Translations under genes and position numbers: made by a program | The notes under the pieces: generated by a model | What the model saw: only the letters and a program-made list of their open reading frames with translations | The model's database searches: none | Told to the model about the DNA's origin: nothing | From: Candidatus Iainarchaeum sp. | GTDB taxonomy: Archaea > Iainarchaeota > Iainarchaeia > Iainarchaeales > JAZDEL01 | NCBI GenBank assembly: GCA_043808785.1 | Contig: JAZDEL010000001.1 | Span: forward strand, 130,122 to 194,121 | Direction: 5' to 3' | Length of the DNA: 64,000 nt | Shown: piece by piece, positions 36,451-46,992 of the stretch | How positions within the stretch are numbered: position 1 is the first letter of the stretch | Layout of the letters: each line of letters opens with the position of its first letter

Positions 36451-38616
36451 CTAACCCCTCGCCCTGTGTATCGAGAACGTGCCGTTTGTGTAAACCTTGT
36501 CCATGAACCCGAACTCTTTCGGCTCCGCGAAGTAATGTTGCGTTTTCGCGTCCGTGAAAATCTTTTCTTCATCCGTGAATGTGTATTTTATGCCGTACTT
36601 CCGCAGCACGCTTTCGTCCCCGTCAAGAATGAACCTGTATGCGTCCTCCAGCTTCCCCTCGTCCGCATACTCCACATACAAATCCGCAAGCACCGGCCTC
36701 TGCGTGAAATACGTTGCAAGGTGCCCGTAGTAAGGGTCCGCTAGCAGCCTTTCGTTCGGTGCCGTGCGCTCCTGCAGGAACTGCAGCGGCGCGACCTGCT
36801 GTTCCCATGCAACCGAGTATGAAACTATCACAATATTCGCAAGCACGGCAATTATGCCGAGCGCAACAAGCATGTTCCTCATGTATTTGTTCCCCCAGTC
36901 CTGCGCAAGCACGTGGAACAGGAGGAGGGTTAGCACCAAATGCGTCACTATGTTTATTCTGTAAAAAACAAAGAGCTGCAAAAGGATGAGCGCTATTGAG
37001 GCGTAGAAAAGCCTCATTGTGTAAGTATCTATGGTTCTCCAGCCCCTGAGCACCCTGAACAGGGCATATGCGAAGAGCAGGGCAACAACCTGCCCCAAAT
37101 CCACAAGAAGCTCGCCCGGCCCGTGCTTTATAAGGTAGCCCCACTCCCTGCTCTTTATTTCATAGGGCATGCCGTTCTGCAGGAGTATTGGCGCAAAAAG
37201 AATGCCGAAAAGCACAATTGCGGAAGCCATGGCGATGAAGAACCGCCTCCACCCCGTACCCCTCCCTATTGCTGCCATGGTTATCGGGAACAAGATGAGG
37301 AATGGCACCTGCGTGAATGCGGCAAGCGCAACTGCACAGCCCGCAAGCACCGCGTTTTTCCCCCGTATAAGCATAGCCACGGCAAAAAACAAAAACGAGA
37401 AACTCAGGATGTGCTTCGGGCTTACCGCTATGTTCACGAAAATGAAGAGCGAACTTGCGAGCAGGAGATAGAATATGATGCCGTGCTCAAGCGTAAAGCC
37501 GCGGAACGAGCGCACGAAATACAGCACCGAGAGGAAGAAAAGCGAGTTCACGAGGAAATAAACAAGCGAGAAAAGCGCGGTTCCCGAAAGACCTGTTATG
37601 AAAGCAAGCGAGGACTCGAACAGGAAATAGCCCCATGTAAATGTATATCCCCTGCCGAGGTAGCTCAGTGGGTCCTGCACGGGAATTTTTCCGGCCTGCA
37701 CAATCATTTCGGAATATCTCTCATAGAAAACGTTCCAGTTGCTGAAGTGAGAAGGGGTGTACAAATGCAGTAACGCAAGCAGCGCGCCGAAGAGGAGGAA
37801 ATAGAGGAGCAGTTTCCTGTTCTCCCCCCACGGCTCTTCGCTGTTTTGCCTGCCTGCGGCATTCCCGCCCCTGCCGTAAAAAATGAAAAGCAAAACCGAT
37901 GCAGCGGCAACGCCCCCCCCCACCGCGTAAAAATTAAGCCCTATCCCTGGAAAGTTCAGCAGCCATGGAAGCACAATCAGCGCTGCGGAAATGAAAACAA
38001 GGGTAAAGAGCGCAGCCTCAAGCAGTTCATGCCTGCGCATGAATGCGGTGAAAACAGCTGCGATAATCAGGATAAGCGCCAGCATGCCGAAGATAGGGGA
38101 AACCAAGCCCGCGCCTTGCCCGGAATTTGCCGCAATCTGCGCAATGCCGACCCGCGCCTCAGTTGCCGCAATCGGAGCAAGGTTCACGCGCGCCTCATTT
38201 TCACCCTTACTCACATGGAAAAACAGCCTGCCGGAATCGAACTCTATTTCAACAAGGTTGTCCCCGTCCGCAAGAACCGAGGAGGGGACACAATATTCAT
38301 TTGTTTTGTTTTCCGCGAGCGCAACCTTCCCCCCAAAAACAACGGTTTTCCCTGCAATGACCTTAAGGTTCTCGGTTTTCCCCGAGTACTCGTTGCCGAA
38401 CTGGCTGAGGTTTGCGTTGCTTTGGGCAAAGGTTATTGCAAAGCACGCATCCCGCCCATCAGGCACGGCGGCATCGTAGCGCTCAAGCCATGCCTCTGTG
38501 AGCGGCCTTTCCATGCCGAAGCCGTGCCAGTATGAGGAACCAAGCACGACAAGCAGCATCAGCGCTGCAAATGCAGCAAAAAACGTTTTTTTCAGGTTTG
38601 CCATGCCTCCACCCAA
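36451..38616 (-). CDS. Large polytopic membrane protein (721 aa) with an N-terminal extracellular domain; possibly glycosyltransferase or oligosaccharyltransferase-like
   Basis: A signal/TM segment, a ~150-aa ectodomain, then at least 12 TM helices. No WWDYG motif was seen. Confidence 0.6.
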   Translation of the reverse strand: MGGGMANLKKTFFAAFAALMLLVVLGSSYWHGFGMERPLTEAWLERYDAAVPDGRDACFAITFAQSNANLSQFGNEYSGKTENLKVIAGKTVVFGGKVALAENKTNEYCVPSSVLADGDNLVEIEFDSGRLFFHVSKGENEARVNLAPIAATEARVGIAQIAANSGQGAGLVSPIFGMLALILIIAAVFTAFMRRHELLEAALFTLVFISAALIVLPWLLNFPGIGLNFYAVGGGVAAASVLLFIFYGRGGNAAGRQNSEEPWGENRKLLLYFLLFGALLALLHLYTPSHFSNWNVFYERYSEMIVQAGKIPVQDPLSYLGRGYTFTWGYFLFESSLAFITGLSGTALFSLVYFLVNSLFFLSVLYFVRSFRGFTLEHGIIFYLLLASSLFIFVNIAVSPKHILSFSFLFFAVAMLIRGKNAVLAGCAVALAAFTQVPFLILFPITMAAIGRGTGWRRFFIAMASAIVLFGILFAPILLQNGMPYEIKSREWGYLIKHGPGELLVDLGQVVALLFAYALFRVLRGWRTIDTYTMRLFYASIALILLQLFVFYRINIVTHLVLTLLLFHVLAQDWGNKYMRNMLVALGIIAVLANIVIVSYSVAWEQQVAPLQFLQERTAPNERLLADPYYGHLATYFTQRPVLADLYVEYADEGKLEDAYRFILDGDESVLRKYGIKYTFTDEEKIFTDAKTQHYFAEPKEFGFMDKVYTNGTFSIHRARG

Positions 38617-38754
38617 AATGCCTGCGCAGCGGTTAACGCCCTGTTTGGTTCCCGCCGGCTGAGCCTATGCGGCGGTTTAAAGCCTTTTATCGGCGTTTTT
38701 CCCTTACCCCCGCCCAAGCTTAATAAACACTTCCACCAACCAATTTATAGATTT

Positions 38755-40197
38755 TTGCGCGGTTTGAGGGCATGTTTGGGCTGGTGCGGGGTTGTGGGAA
38801 TGGCGAGGCAAACCGCGGAAGCCGTTGTTGCAGGCTGTGCAGTGCTTTTCCTTGCCGTGCTCCTCTTCGAGCCCGTAAGGGGGCTTGCCGAGGGCGTATC
38901 CAAATTCTTCTTCGAGGGCACTGCGGAGGGCAGGGTGCTGCTCTTTTTGGCATGGGCTGTGCTGCTGTTTTGCGCAGCATTTGCGCTTGGGCGCATGCGC
39001 CTGCGCGTGAAAATGCCGAAGCACACGGCAACAGCGATTGCCCTCCTCCTTGTTCTCTGCTGGTTCATGCAGGTGCAGTTTCAGGGCTGGTTAGTAGGGG
39101 CTGAAGGGCTCCCGCCTGATGCTACTGCCGCGGTTCTCGGAAGCGACCGCGGCACTTTGGGATGGGAAGCGACTCAATTAATGCACATACACATAACTAA
39201 GGGTTTGCTCTATCCCGCGCTTTCATTGCTCCCTTCGGGAGGATTCGATACTGGCGCACAGATGTACGGCCTGCTCCCTTTCTGGTTCGGCATTGCGTTC
39301 CTTGCTGCCGCGCTCCTGCTTTTTATTTTCCTCATGCTTGAATTCCTTTCCGCTGAATGCGGCACGCAGGGGCGCCTGCTGTTTTCCGTGTTCTCGTTCT
39401 GCGCCCTCGTCTCCATATTCGACGGCGGGCCTTTCACAATCGTGGGGAGGATTGCGCTCGCGCTGATGGTCGCGTACTTCCTTTTCGCGAGGAAGGGCGT
39501 TTCCGATTACAGGCTTTTCGTGATGCCTTACTTTGCGGTAGGGGGTGCGCTCTACATAGGCAGTTTTTTCCTCAGGAGCAGTTCCTTCCTTTTCGGGAGC
39601 TACGAGTTCCTCGGGATAGGGATGCTGCTTTCCCCGCTCCTTGCGCTGAACGCGAGGAATATTTTTGGCAGGGTTTTCTGGGCGTGCGTATTTGTGCTGC
39701 TTGTGCTGTGGAGCCTTAACCATTTCATGCAGTTCGGCTTAGGCTCTGAATTTTACGCCGGGGAGGAGGCGAGGGTACTGATATACGGCGTGCCTGAAGG
39801 GGCGGCAGAACAGCAGTTGCTTGCCGCGCTCTCCAGCTTCGGCTCCGTTGCAAACGCGGAGATGCACGGCTACGTCGCTTTTGCTTCCTTAATCCCTACT
39901 CACGATTTCAGGGCTTCCGAACTTGAGCGCAAACTGCGCGCCGAACTTAACCCGCGCTCGTACATGCATGTACTGAAAAGCTGGCAGAGGGGGGAGGGGG
40001 TTTTGAGCGGCGATGGCGTGGAAACGCTGGCGGATGTGAAATCCGAATATGTCTCCTTCAGGAAAGAAACCGTGAATGGCGCAACTGCAGTCGTGGCTTC
40101 CGGCTATTTCCCGCACCCTTACCTCTCGCTCTATGCGCTGAGCGTTATGCACTCACAAGGCGTGAGTAAGCCCGTGGTTTTCAGCACCGTTAAATAG
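38755..40197 (+). CDS. Polytopic membrane protein (~465-480 aa) with a C-terminal soluble domain
   Basis: Multiple TM helices. The start is probably the Met at 38800. Confidence 0.55.
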   Translation: MRGLRACLGWCGVVGMARQTAEAVVAGCAVLFLAVLLFEPVRGLAEGVSKFFFEGTAEGRVLLFLAWAVLLFCAAFALGRMRLRVKMPKHTATAIALLLVLCWFMQVQFQGWLVGAEGLPPDATAAVLGSDRGTLGWEATQLMHIHITKGLLYPALSLLPSGGFDTGAQMYGLLPFWFGIAFLAAALLLFIFLMLEFLSAECGTQGRLLFSVFSFCALVSIFDGGPFTIVGRIALALMVAYFLFARKGVSDYRLFVMPYFAVGGALYIGSFFLRSSSFLFGSYEFLGIGMLLSPLLALNARNIFGRVFWACVFVLLVLWSLNHFMQFGLGSEFYAGEEARVLIYGVPEGAAEQQLLAALSSFGSVANAEMHGYVAFASLIPTHDFRASELERKLRAELNPRSYMHVLKSWQRGEGVLSGDGVETLADVKSEYVSFRKETVNGATAVVASGYFPHPYLSLYALSVMHSQGVSKPVVFSTVK

Positions 40198-40231
40198 GGC
40201 GCCCGCGCCCTGCGTCTGGCGCAGTGCCGCC

Positions 40232-41650
40232 TTACCCCGCAGGCGAATGCCACTGCGTTGTCCCGTTGTCGTAAATCCTGTTCCAGCGTGCTGTCTCGCC
40301 GCCGAATTCATCGCCCGAACAGTGCATCGCATTCCTTATGTACGGCGTGAACCCGAAAATGTCGGGATAATAGTTCGCAACCGCGCGCCTGTTTGCAAGG
40401 CACTGCGTGTAGAAGCCGTATGCCGCATTTGCGCGCGCGCTTCCGTCAGGCAAACCCTCCATGAACGCGCCTATAATAACTTTTTTGTCGGTATAAAGCG
40501 GAACGGCATATGAAAGCATGTAATCCGCCAGCACCCTTTCCCCCGCGTACGGGAGTTCATCCAGCGCCTTAACTGCGGCAAGGTTCCGCTCGGAGAAATA
40601 ACTTTCCTGCTGTATCCATGCGAGGTTCTGGAGGATAAGCAAAAGCGCAAAAGCGGCAAAGAGCGCGAGGGAAAGGTTCGCGCTTATTTCCCCCCCTATC
40701 CACTGCAAAAGCAGTGCGCACAAAAATGCAATAGGGAAAAACAAATAAGCGAGTTCGCGGAAGCCGAACACCGTGCCGCCGAACACAAGCGCAAAAACCA
40801 TTCCAAAAACAAAAACAAGGTTCGGGAGGTTTTTCGGGTTTTTCCAGAGCAGCACTGCCGCGGGAAGGAGCGCAACAGCCCATAACCATGAAAACATCGC
40901 GGTTAAATCAAAAACATCCACCCACGGGTTTGCTGTTCCGCGCAGGCTCAGCGCATCGAGTTTCGGCAGGAACCACCACGCGCCGAGGAGAAGGGTTGGC
41001 AGGAACGTGAGCGCGATTTTTCGCATCAGCTCCACGCGCTCCCTTTGTTCCTCTATTTCCCATGTGCGCAGGAAGAGCCAGTACGCAATCACGCCCAAAA
41101 AAATCATGGCAAAGGTCCCGAAGGAGCGGAGATGGGTAAGCATCAGGAGGGGCATGAGCACGGCAAGCGCAAGGAAGTTTTTTTTGTGCACGTAATACAG
41201 CAGCATCACAAACATCGCAAGTCCCACGCTCTCGGGAATTGCCGCTGCGGTTCTCCTGAAAACCCATGGGAGCAGGGCTGCAAGCGCCGCCGCGCACAGC
41301 GCGAAATTCCTGTCCAGGAAACTGTGTGAGAATTTGTATGAGTAAGTGAAGATAATCGCGAGGAGCACGAAGGACAGCGCCCTCCACACGAGCGCGAAAT
41401 CCAGCCCTGCCATCAGCGCAGCCTCGGCGCCGAAAACGTCGAAAAGAGGGGGATAAGTGTAAGGAAGTGCTTCCCCATAAATCGCCGTCTCGTGCGGGAA
41501 ATTGCCGCTCCCCGCGATTTCTTGCCCTGCCCCCGCCCTCTCAAACTGGTCGCTCACCGAGAGCGCGGGCTTCGAAGCCTGCGCCGCTGCTAAAAGGAGC
41601 ACGGGAACCGCAAAAGCAAGCAGTGCCGCTGCGAAAATGCGCCTCTTCAT
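40232..41650 (-). CDS. Polytopic membrane protein (~472 aa). The annotated N-terminal extension over the tRNA was removed.
   Basis: The signal-like N-terminus MKRRIFAAALLAFAVPVLLLAAAQA begins at 41650. The first 32 codons of the longer ORF are the antisense of the tRNA gene. Confidence 0.6.
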   Translation of the reverse strand: MKRRIFAAALLAFAVPVLLLAAAQASKPALSVSDQFERAGAGQEIAGSGNFPHETAIYGEALPYTYPPLFDVFGAEAALMAGLDFALVWRALSFVLLAIIFTYSYKFSHSFLDRNFALCAAALAALLPWVFRRTAAAIPESVGLAMFVMLLYYVHKKNFLALAVLMPLLMLTHLRSFGTFAMIFLGVIAYWLFLRTWEIEEQRERVELMRKIALTFLPTLLLGAWWFLPKLDALSLRGTANPWVDVFDLTAMFSWLWAVALLPAAVLLWKNPKNLPNLVFVFGMVFALVFGGTVFGFRELAYLFFPIAFLCALLLQWIGGEISANLSLALFAAFALLLILQNLAWIQQESYFSERNLAAVKALDELPYAGERVLADYMLSYAVPLYTDKKVIIGAFMEGLPDGSARANAAYGFYTQCLANRRAVANYYPDIFGFTPYIRNAMHCSGDEFGGETARWNRIYDNGTTQWHSPAG

Positions 41651-41653
41651 AAA

Positions 41654-41760
41654 TGGGCCGGGGCGGATTCGAACCGCCGATCTCTGCCGTGTGAAGGCAA
41701 CGTCATTTGTGGGCCTCCGTGCAAACGCCTCCGAGAGGCTAGCCACTAGACCACCGGCCC
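41654..41760 (-). tRNA. Probable tRNA-Val (anticodon CAC) with a ~33-nt non-canonical intron in the D-loop (about 41710-41742)
   Basis: 5' GGGCCGGUGGUCUAGUGG, then the D-stem 3' strand UGAC, anticodon stem UUGCC/GGCAG with loop UUCACAC, variable loop AGAUC, T-arm GGCGG-UUCGAAU-CCGCC, acceptor CCGGCCC-A. U8, A14, G18G19, A21, U33 and purine 37 are conserved only if the 33-nt segment after G19 is removed. Confidence 0.55.
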
Positions 41761-41787
41761 TTAACTGAAATTGGGTGAGAGGGGTTT

Positions 41788-43944
41788 TTAAAGTGTCTTG
41801 CCGGGCTTCATTTTTTTGAGCAGCGGCAGCAGCCTGCCTTTCTTTTTGAAGAGCAGGATTGCGCAGGCCAGGAGCAGGCCGGCTGCGGAAATCGCCGCGA
41901 CTGCGGCAAAAATATTTCTCTGGAGTGCGGCGTCCCCGCCTCCGGCACCGCCGCTTTCCCTGCCAAGCAGGCGCCTTATCGCCTTCACTATCCAGCCGTC
42001 TGCAGCCTGAGTTTCTCCGCCGCTGACAGACTCCAGTGCGCTGTCGAGGTACTCTATCAGCTTCGGGTCGTTCAGGCGCTTTGCAATGCCCTTTGCTTTT
42101 TCAATTGAATCTTTTGCATCGCCGAATTTCCCTTCCTTGGTTTCGTCGCGTGCCCTGTCCAGGAGATAAAGGATTTCCTCGCTTTCGCTTGCGGAATTGC
42201 AGTCGTGGTTTTTCGGGATTTGGCCCTCGGGGCATTCAATCCGCCCGCATTTTCCGCCCCCGCACTTTTCGTCCGCAAGGCAGTCCGCATCGGAAGCGCA
42301 GGGCACTTCCCTGCAGCCCTCGTCAATCTTTATGCATTCGCCGAACAGGCCGCCGGCATTGCAGAGCCTTGCTCCGGCGCAGCCGCCGGCCATGCACTCC
42401 GATTTTTTTCCCGGGCAGCATTCAAGCCCTTGGGCATTGCAGTCGCCGAATCCTGCCCCGCAGGCACTGCAGTAGCGCCAGCCTGAAAGTGCCATGCAGT
42501 CTGCACCGTCTATTTTCGGGGTGCAGGGTATTTTTGCGCCCGGCTCGCATATTCCGCGCTTTGGGGAGCATTCGCTCCACGCGCTGTTCTCGCATTTTTT
42601 TGTCCCCGCGCATCCCGACGCTGTTGTGCAGTCCGCAGCGCTGCCCTCGGTGCACGCACCCTTCACAGTTACCCTCACCGTGTCCGGGCCGGATTCGTTC
42701 GGCGGCACGGCATTGTCCCTGACAACAAGCCTGAATTCATAAACCTCGTTCCCCTCCCCTGCCGTAAACCTCGGCTTCTTGGGGCTGGACAAATCAAGCG
42801 TTACTGCGGTGCCGCCTGTCTGTGCCCACACGAACTGCAGCGGGTCAGCGTCAGGGTCATAGGAGGCGCCCGCATCCAAAACAACCGCAGAATTCGGCTC
42901 TACTGCCTGGTTCGGGCCCGCATCCGCTATGGGTGCGGAGTTCACGCACAGGAATTTGAATATGTCGGATTCCGGGCGCGTGCCCGCTATTATGCCGCCG
43001 TCGTTTGCCTGCGCCAGGGCGTAAACATTTATCGCATTCGGAAGCCTTCCCGTGCTGCTCCAGCTGCCGCCATTGTCGGTTGTCCTGAATACCTCGGCAT
43101 TCCACAGCGTGCCGGCATAGATGCTTGAGTCGCCAGCCCGGAATAGCGAATAAACCCCTTCCGCCCCGGGGAGTCTTGCCATATTTTGCCAGCTGGCGCA
43201 GTTATCCCTTGAGACAAACACCGCTCCGTTCGGCTCGGTGCCTGCAAAAACTGTGCCATCCGAGGCAGCAAGCATGCTCCTTACCTCGGAACTTCCTGCC
43301 AATTCCGCCTCCGCCCAGCTGGCGCCGTCATCTGCAGACCTGAACACAGCGCCTTTTTGTGTCCAGCCGAGCTTTCCGCCGGCGCAGATTGTGCCGTCCG
43401 CCGCAACGGCAACCGCGAACGGGCTATACAGCCGGGCGGAATTCGAGGCTATTGCGCTTATTTTTGCCCAGCTGTTGCCGTTGTCGGCCGAACTGAACAA
43501 AGTGCCGTCCGTTGCATTTGCAACCATGAGGACACTGCTCCCTTTCCTGGCAAAGCCGATTATGTTTGAGGCAAGGGCATCGGGCTTTCCGATGCTTTGC
43601 CAGCTGCCCCCGCTGTCCGCAGACCTGAAAACCCCGCCGTTCGGGGATGTGCCTGCAAGGATTGACCCGTCCGGCGCCTCAAAGAGGCAGGTTACCCTTT
43701 CTGCATTGGCGAGCTGCCCCGCGCCCTGCCACGAGTTTCCGTTGTCCGTTGACCTGAAAATTTCCGCGTTCGGGCCGCTGCCGGCCAGAAGCGTGCCGTT
43801 GCCCGCTTTCAGAATGGAAAGGACCCTGTCGGAGTTCCCGAAGTTTGCCGCCCTCATCCAGCTGCAGGATGCAGCGGAAGCGCACGCCGCAAAAAGCAGG
43901 GAGAACAGCACGAAACACGCGAATTTTTTCTGCACTTTTTTCAC
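41788..43944 (-). CDS. BNR/Asp-box repeat (Ycf48/sortilin-like beta-propeller) surface protein with a PKD-like domain, a Cys-rich region and a C-terminal TM anchor
   Basis: Signal peptide; at least six S-x-D-x-G-x-S-W repeats (STDNGNSW, SADSGGSW, SADNGNSW, SADDGASW, SRDNCASW, TTDNGGSW); the C-terminal hydrophobic helix. Confidence 0.75.
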   Translation of the reverse strand: MKKVQKKFACFVLFSLLFAACASAASCSWMRAANFGNSDRVLSILKAGNGTLLAGSGPNAEIFRSTDNGNSWQGAGQLANAERVTCLFEAPDGSILAGTSPNGGVFRSADSGGSWQSIGKPDALASNIIGFARKGSSVLMVANATDGTLFSSADNGNSWAKISAIASNSARLYSPFAVAVAADGTICAGGKLGWTQKGAVFRSADDGASWAEAELAGSSEVRSMLAASDGTVFAGTEPNGAVFVSRDNCASWQNMARLPGAEGVYSLFRAGDSSIYAGTLWNAEVFRTTDNGGSWSSTGRLPNAINVYALAQANDGGIIAGTRPESDIFKFLCVNSAPIADAGPNQAVEPNSAVVLDAGASYDPDADPLQFVWAQTGGTAVTLDLSSPKKPRFTAGEGNEVYEFRLVVRDNAVPPNESGPDTVRVTVKGACTEGSAADCTTASGCAGTKKCENSAWSECSPKRGICEPGAKIPCTPKIDGADCMALSGWRYCSACGAGFGDCNAQGLECCPGKKSECMAGGCAGARLCNAGGLFGECIKIDEGCREVPCASDADCLADEKCGGGKCGRIECPEGQIPKNHDCNSASESEEILYLLDRARDETKEGKFGDAKDSIEKAKGIAKRLNDPKLIEYLDSALESVSGGETQAADGWIVKAIRRLLGRESGGAGGGDAALQRNIFAAVAAISAAGLLLACAILLFKKKGRLLPLLKKMKPGKTL

Positions 43945-43945
43945 C

Positions 43946-46804
43946 TCATGTCACGGTTATTGTCCCCAGTTTTGCATGGGAGCGCCCGCCGCCGATTGCA
44001 TTGGCGGAGAAAGTGTATGTGCCCGGGTCTGCGGAGACATTGATTGTTATGGGAATGGCCTGCGATGCGTTTGCCTGCAGCACTACGGAGTAAGAGCCGA
44101 GCGTTGCGGACGAGTTCTGCGGCAGATGCTCCACGGAAACGAATATTATCGAGCTGCTGAACCCTGATGTCGGGGTAAGCGTCATCAGGAAGTTCAATGT
44201 CCCGTAAGCGCTGCTTGAGGCGCTTTCCGGAATAATGCCTATGGTGAAGTCCTCCCCGGCAGGAATCTGCCTTGAAACATAGAGGATTACTGACGCAGAT
44301 GCAGAAGCGCCCCAGTGTTTCCAGTCCGAGTCCGCCGCTATTTTGATCTGGTGTATTCCTGCAGGCATCGAGCCGTCGGTCTGGATTGAAAGCCTGATGT
44401 TTTTGGTGCCATCAGGGTTCGGCATTGCGGGATTTTCGCTGAACGAGTATGAAGCGCCCTGCGGCAGCCCTTCGGCAGAGAGCCTCACGGGCAGGCCGAA
44501 GCCGTTCTCGGATTTCAGCGCTATATCGAAGCTCGCGCTCTGCCCTGCGTCAATCAATTTCGGTGCTGCGCCCGAAGCCAGGGAAAAGTCCCAGCCCTTT
44601 TCCATTACCCTGACATAGAACCTGCTCTCATCAAGGGAGTTCCCTGCCCTGACTTTAACCCTGAAGCGGTACTCCCCCCAGGGCGGGGTCGAGTATTGCG
44701 TCTGCATTTCAAACCTCGCGGTTCTTGACGCGCCGGCTGCCAGGGGGGCTGAGGTGCCCGCATCAAAGGTGTAAGGCATTGTCTCGTTGTCGTCCCTTTC
44801 AATGCTGATTTCCACAGGCTTGGTGCCCGTGCCCCTGGCTGACGAAACCGTTATTTCAAGGCCTGCCCTGCCGCCCTGCTCGACAGATATTACGCCGGGA
44901 ATGTCCGATACCGAGAAATCCGGCTTGAATTTTGCCTCTATCGTGTACGGGATAGCCATCAGCAGCCTCAGCCTCCGCGGGTTTGCAGCGTCTATCTCCC
45001 AGTACTCAGACGCAGGAAGCCCCTGCATTGACTGCCCGTCGATAAGCCATTCATAGAACGGGTCTCCGGCGGGACTCTGCGACGGCGCGGTTATCCAGAC
45101 CTCGGTGCCTTTTTTTATAAACCCCCCGCTGCCGAGCAAAAAGTTTTCGACGAAATCTTTTTCCGCGTAATCGCCGCTGCCGCCTGACCAGAGCTGCTTG
45201 TTTTCAAGCGCCAGCTTGTAGTATATTTCATAGTTTGCGTTTATGAGGGTGGGCCTTTTCAGGGTGTGGAAGAAAAATGTCCAGGGCGGCATGCTGCCGT
45301 CATCCTTGAAAAACTCGGGCAAAGCCGCGGCATATGTTGTTTTCTTCCAGTCAAAGAATTCCTCGGCGTTTGTGTCTTCGGGCTGGCTTGCGCCCTGCTC
45401 CCCCTTGTATTCAAGCTCAAGGACGTCAAACGACTGCAGGCCAAAGGCATAATAATCGAAAGCCTTCCTGTTCAGAATCTGCACAGGAATCTGGCTGTCG
45501 TATCTGAAGCGCGCAGCCTCCGGCAGGACATAGCCCGGGTTTCCCGCAAAATAATAGTGCGCCTCATATACCCTCTCGAAAATGCTGTTCAGCAGCAGCA
45601 CCTTTATCGTGATATTCGGCGGGATTGTATGCGTCGTTATGCATCTCGGCAGGATTAATTCAAAATTCTGGCTTTTTATGAAATATTCATACGGATTCCC
45701 GAACCCGCCGCTGTTGAGCCAGACATGCATGTCCAAAAAAGGCTTGTAAGTGTAGCAGTGCGGGTAATTGCCCTTTGTCAGGCTTTCATTCGCGGACTGC
45801 AGGCCGTACGCGCTGACAATCTGCTCCTCGGTCATGCCCTCTGTGCCGCCCAGGATTATGCCCCGGTACTTTTTGTCGATCGCCTCGTCCGCAGGCAGGA
45901 CTGCCTGGTGCAGGTCCTCCAGCAAGTGGATGCCTTTGCTGTCGGCGGCAAATCTGGCGATATATGAAGCCATCTGCCCGTCGCATTGGAGCGGCGTTCC
46001 GCCTGTGAGCACAAGCCAGCAGTTCCCGAGGTCCCAGATAACGCTCGGATATGCCTCGTCAAGCTCCTGGTAGTTGTCCTGATAGAAGCCCTCAATGTCT
46101 ATGCCCTCGCCTTCCTCCATGGGTTCCGGAAGGGAAACCAAGCCCGAAGCAATGCCCAAAACAAGGTTGCCGAGCGCGGGCTGCTGCTGCGCGTTCTGCG
46201 ATTTCCTCGCATCCGGCGGGGAGGTGGACAGCGCCTGCCCGGAAATTTTTTCCTCGTCAAGCGGCGCAAAGCTGCTCTTCAGCGCCCGGAGCGCGTCGCC
46301 CTTTGTCCTGCCGAGATAAACCGCAACCTGCTGTTCCTGCCTGAACACGTTTTCCTTCAGGAGCGAAAGAGGAACCCTTGATTTTTCCGCCAGCGAAAGC
46401 TCCTCATCCGAAACAATGCCCCCGACTATATTCCGCATGGCAGTGCTGCTGTCGAGGCCGAAAACAACCGCAATCAGGCTGCCCTGCTTTTTTGCCTCAA
46501 ACCCCTCGGGCGTGACGAATTCAAACTCCAGAGCCTGATTCGGAATTCCAGAAAAAAATTCCCTTGCCGCTTTAATGATGTCCGCATCCGCAAGGACAAC
46601 AATTTTCAGCTCGTTCAGGCGCAGGGGCTCTGCAGCGGCCGTTGCCGGCATCTGCGCAAAGCCCTCGGCGCCGGGAAAAAGGGTTTCGGCGCATGTTGCT
46701 TGGGCTTCCTGCGCCTGCGGCTGCGCTGCCAAAAGAAACAACGAAGCCGCAAGCAGGGTTGCGAAAAAGCATGCCAGCGCAACAAGGTATTTTTCCTTCG
46801 GCAT
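43946..46804 (-). CDS. Large secreted protein (952 aa) with C-terminal Ig-like domains
   Basis: N-terminal signal peptide. The long central domain is unassigned. The C-terminal beta-rich segment is Ig-like. Confidence 0.7.
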   Translation of the reverse strand: MPKEKYLVALACFFATLLAASLFLLAAQPQAQEAQATCAETLFPGAEGFAQMPATAAAEPLRLNELKIVVLADADIIKAAREFFSGIPNQALEFEFVTPEGFEAKKQGSLIAVVFGLDSSTAMRNIVGGIVSDEELSLAEKSRVPLSLLKENVFRQEQQVAVYLGRTKGDALRALKSSFAPLDEEKISGQALSTSPPDARKSQNAQQQPALGNLVLGIASGLVSLPEPMEEGEGIDIEGFYQDNYQELDEAYPSVIWDLGNCWLVLTGGTPLQCDGQMASYIARFAADSKGIHLLEDLHQAVLPADEAIDKKYRGIILGGTEGMTEEQIVSAYGLQSANESLTKGNYPHCYTYKPFLDMHVWLNSGGFGNPYEYFIKSQNFELILPRCITTHTIPPNITIKVLLLNSIFERVYEAHYYFAGNPGYVLPEAARFRYDSQIPVQILNRKAFDYYAFGLQSFDVLELEYKGEQGASQPEDTNAEEFFDWKKTTYAAALPEFFKDDGSMPPWTFFFHTLKRPTLINANYEIYYKLALENKQLWSGGSGDYAEKDFVENFLLGSGGFIKKGTEVWITAPSQSPAGDPFYEWLIDGQSMQGLPASEYWEIDAANPRRLRLLMAIPYTIEAKFKPDFSVSDIPGVISVEQGGRAGLEITVSSARGTGTKPVEISIERDDNETMPYTFDAGTSAPLAAGASRTARFEMQTQYSTPPWGEYRFRVKVRAGNSLDESRFYVRVMEKGWDFSLASGAAPKLIDAGQSASFDIALKSENGFGLPVRLSAEGLPQGASYSFSENPAMPNPDGTKNIRLSIQTDGSMPAGIHQIKIAADSDWKHWGASASASVILYVSRQIPAGEDFTIGIIPESASSSAYGTLNFLMTLTPTSGFSSSIIFVSVEHLPQNSSATLGSYSVVLQANASQAIPITINVSADPGTYTFSANAIGGGRSHAKLGTITVT

Positions 46805-46992
46805 TCGTACCCTAAATGCGTGAAGTGGTATTTAAACATGCCCCGAACCCCATCCGGTGAAAAACTTGGCAAAACCCTGAAACTCGGCGGCTTGCCGGGG
46901 CGGTTTTTTGGGGTTTGGGCATTTCGGGAGTTTTTCAATGGAGCCGGGGCGCACACAAAAGCCTTAAATAGTAGTTTAAATTAATTTCCTGC

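Noticed and set aside
41651-41746. First 32 codons of ORF 40232-41746
   Set aside because: They are the reverse complement of the tRNA-Val gene. A signal-peptide-like Met at 41650 is the likely start.
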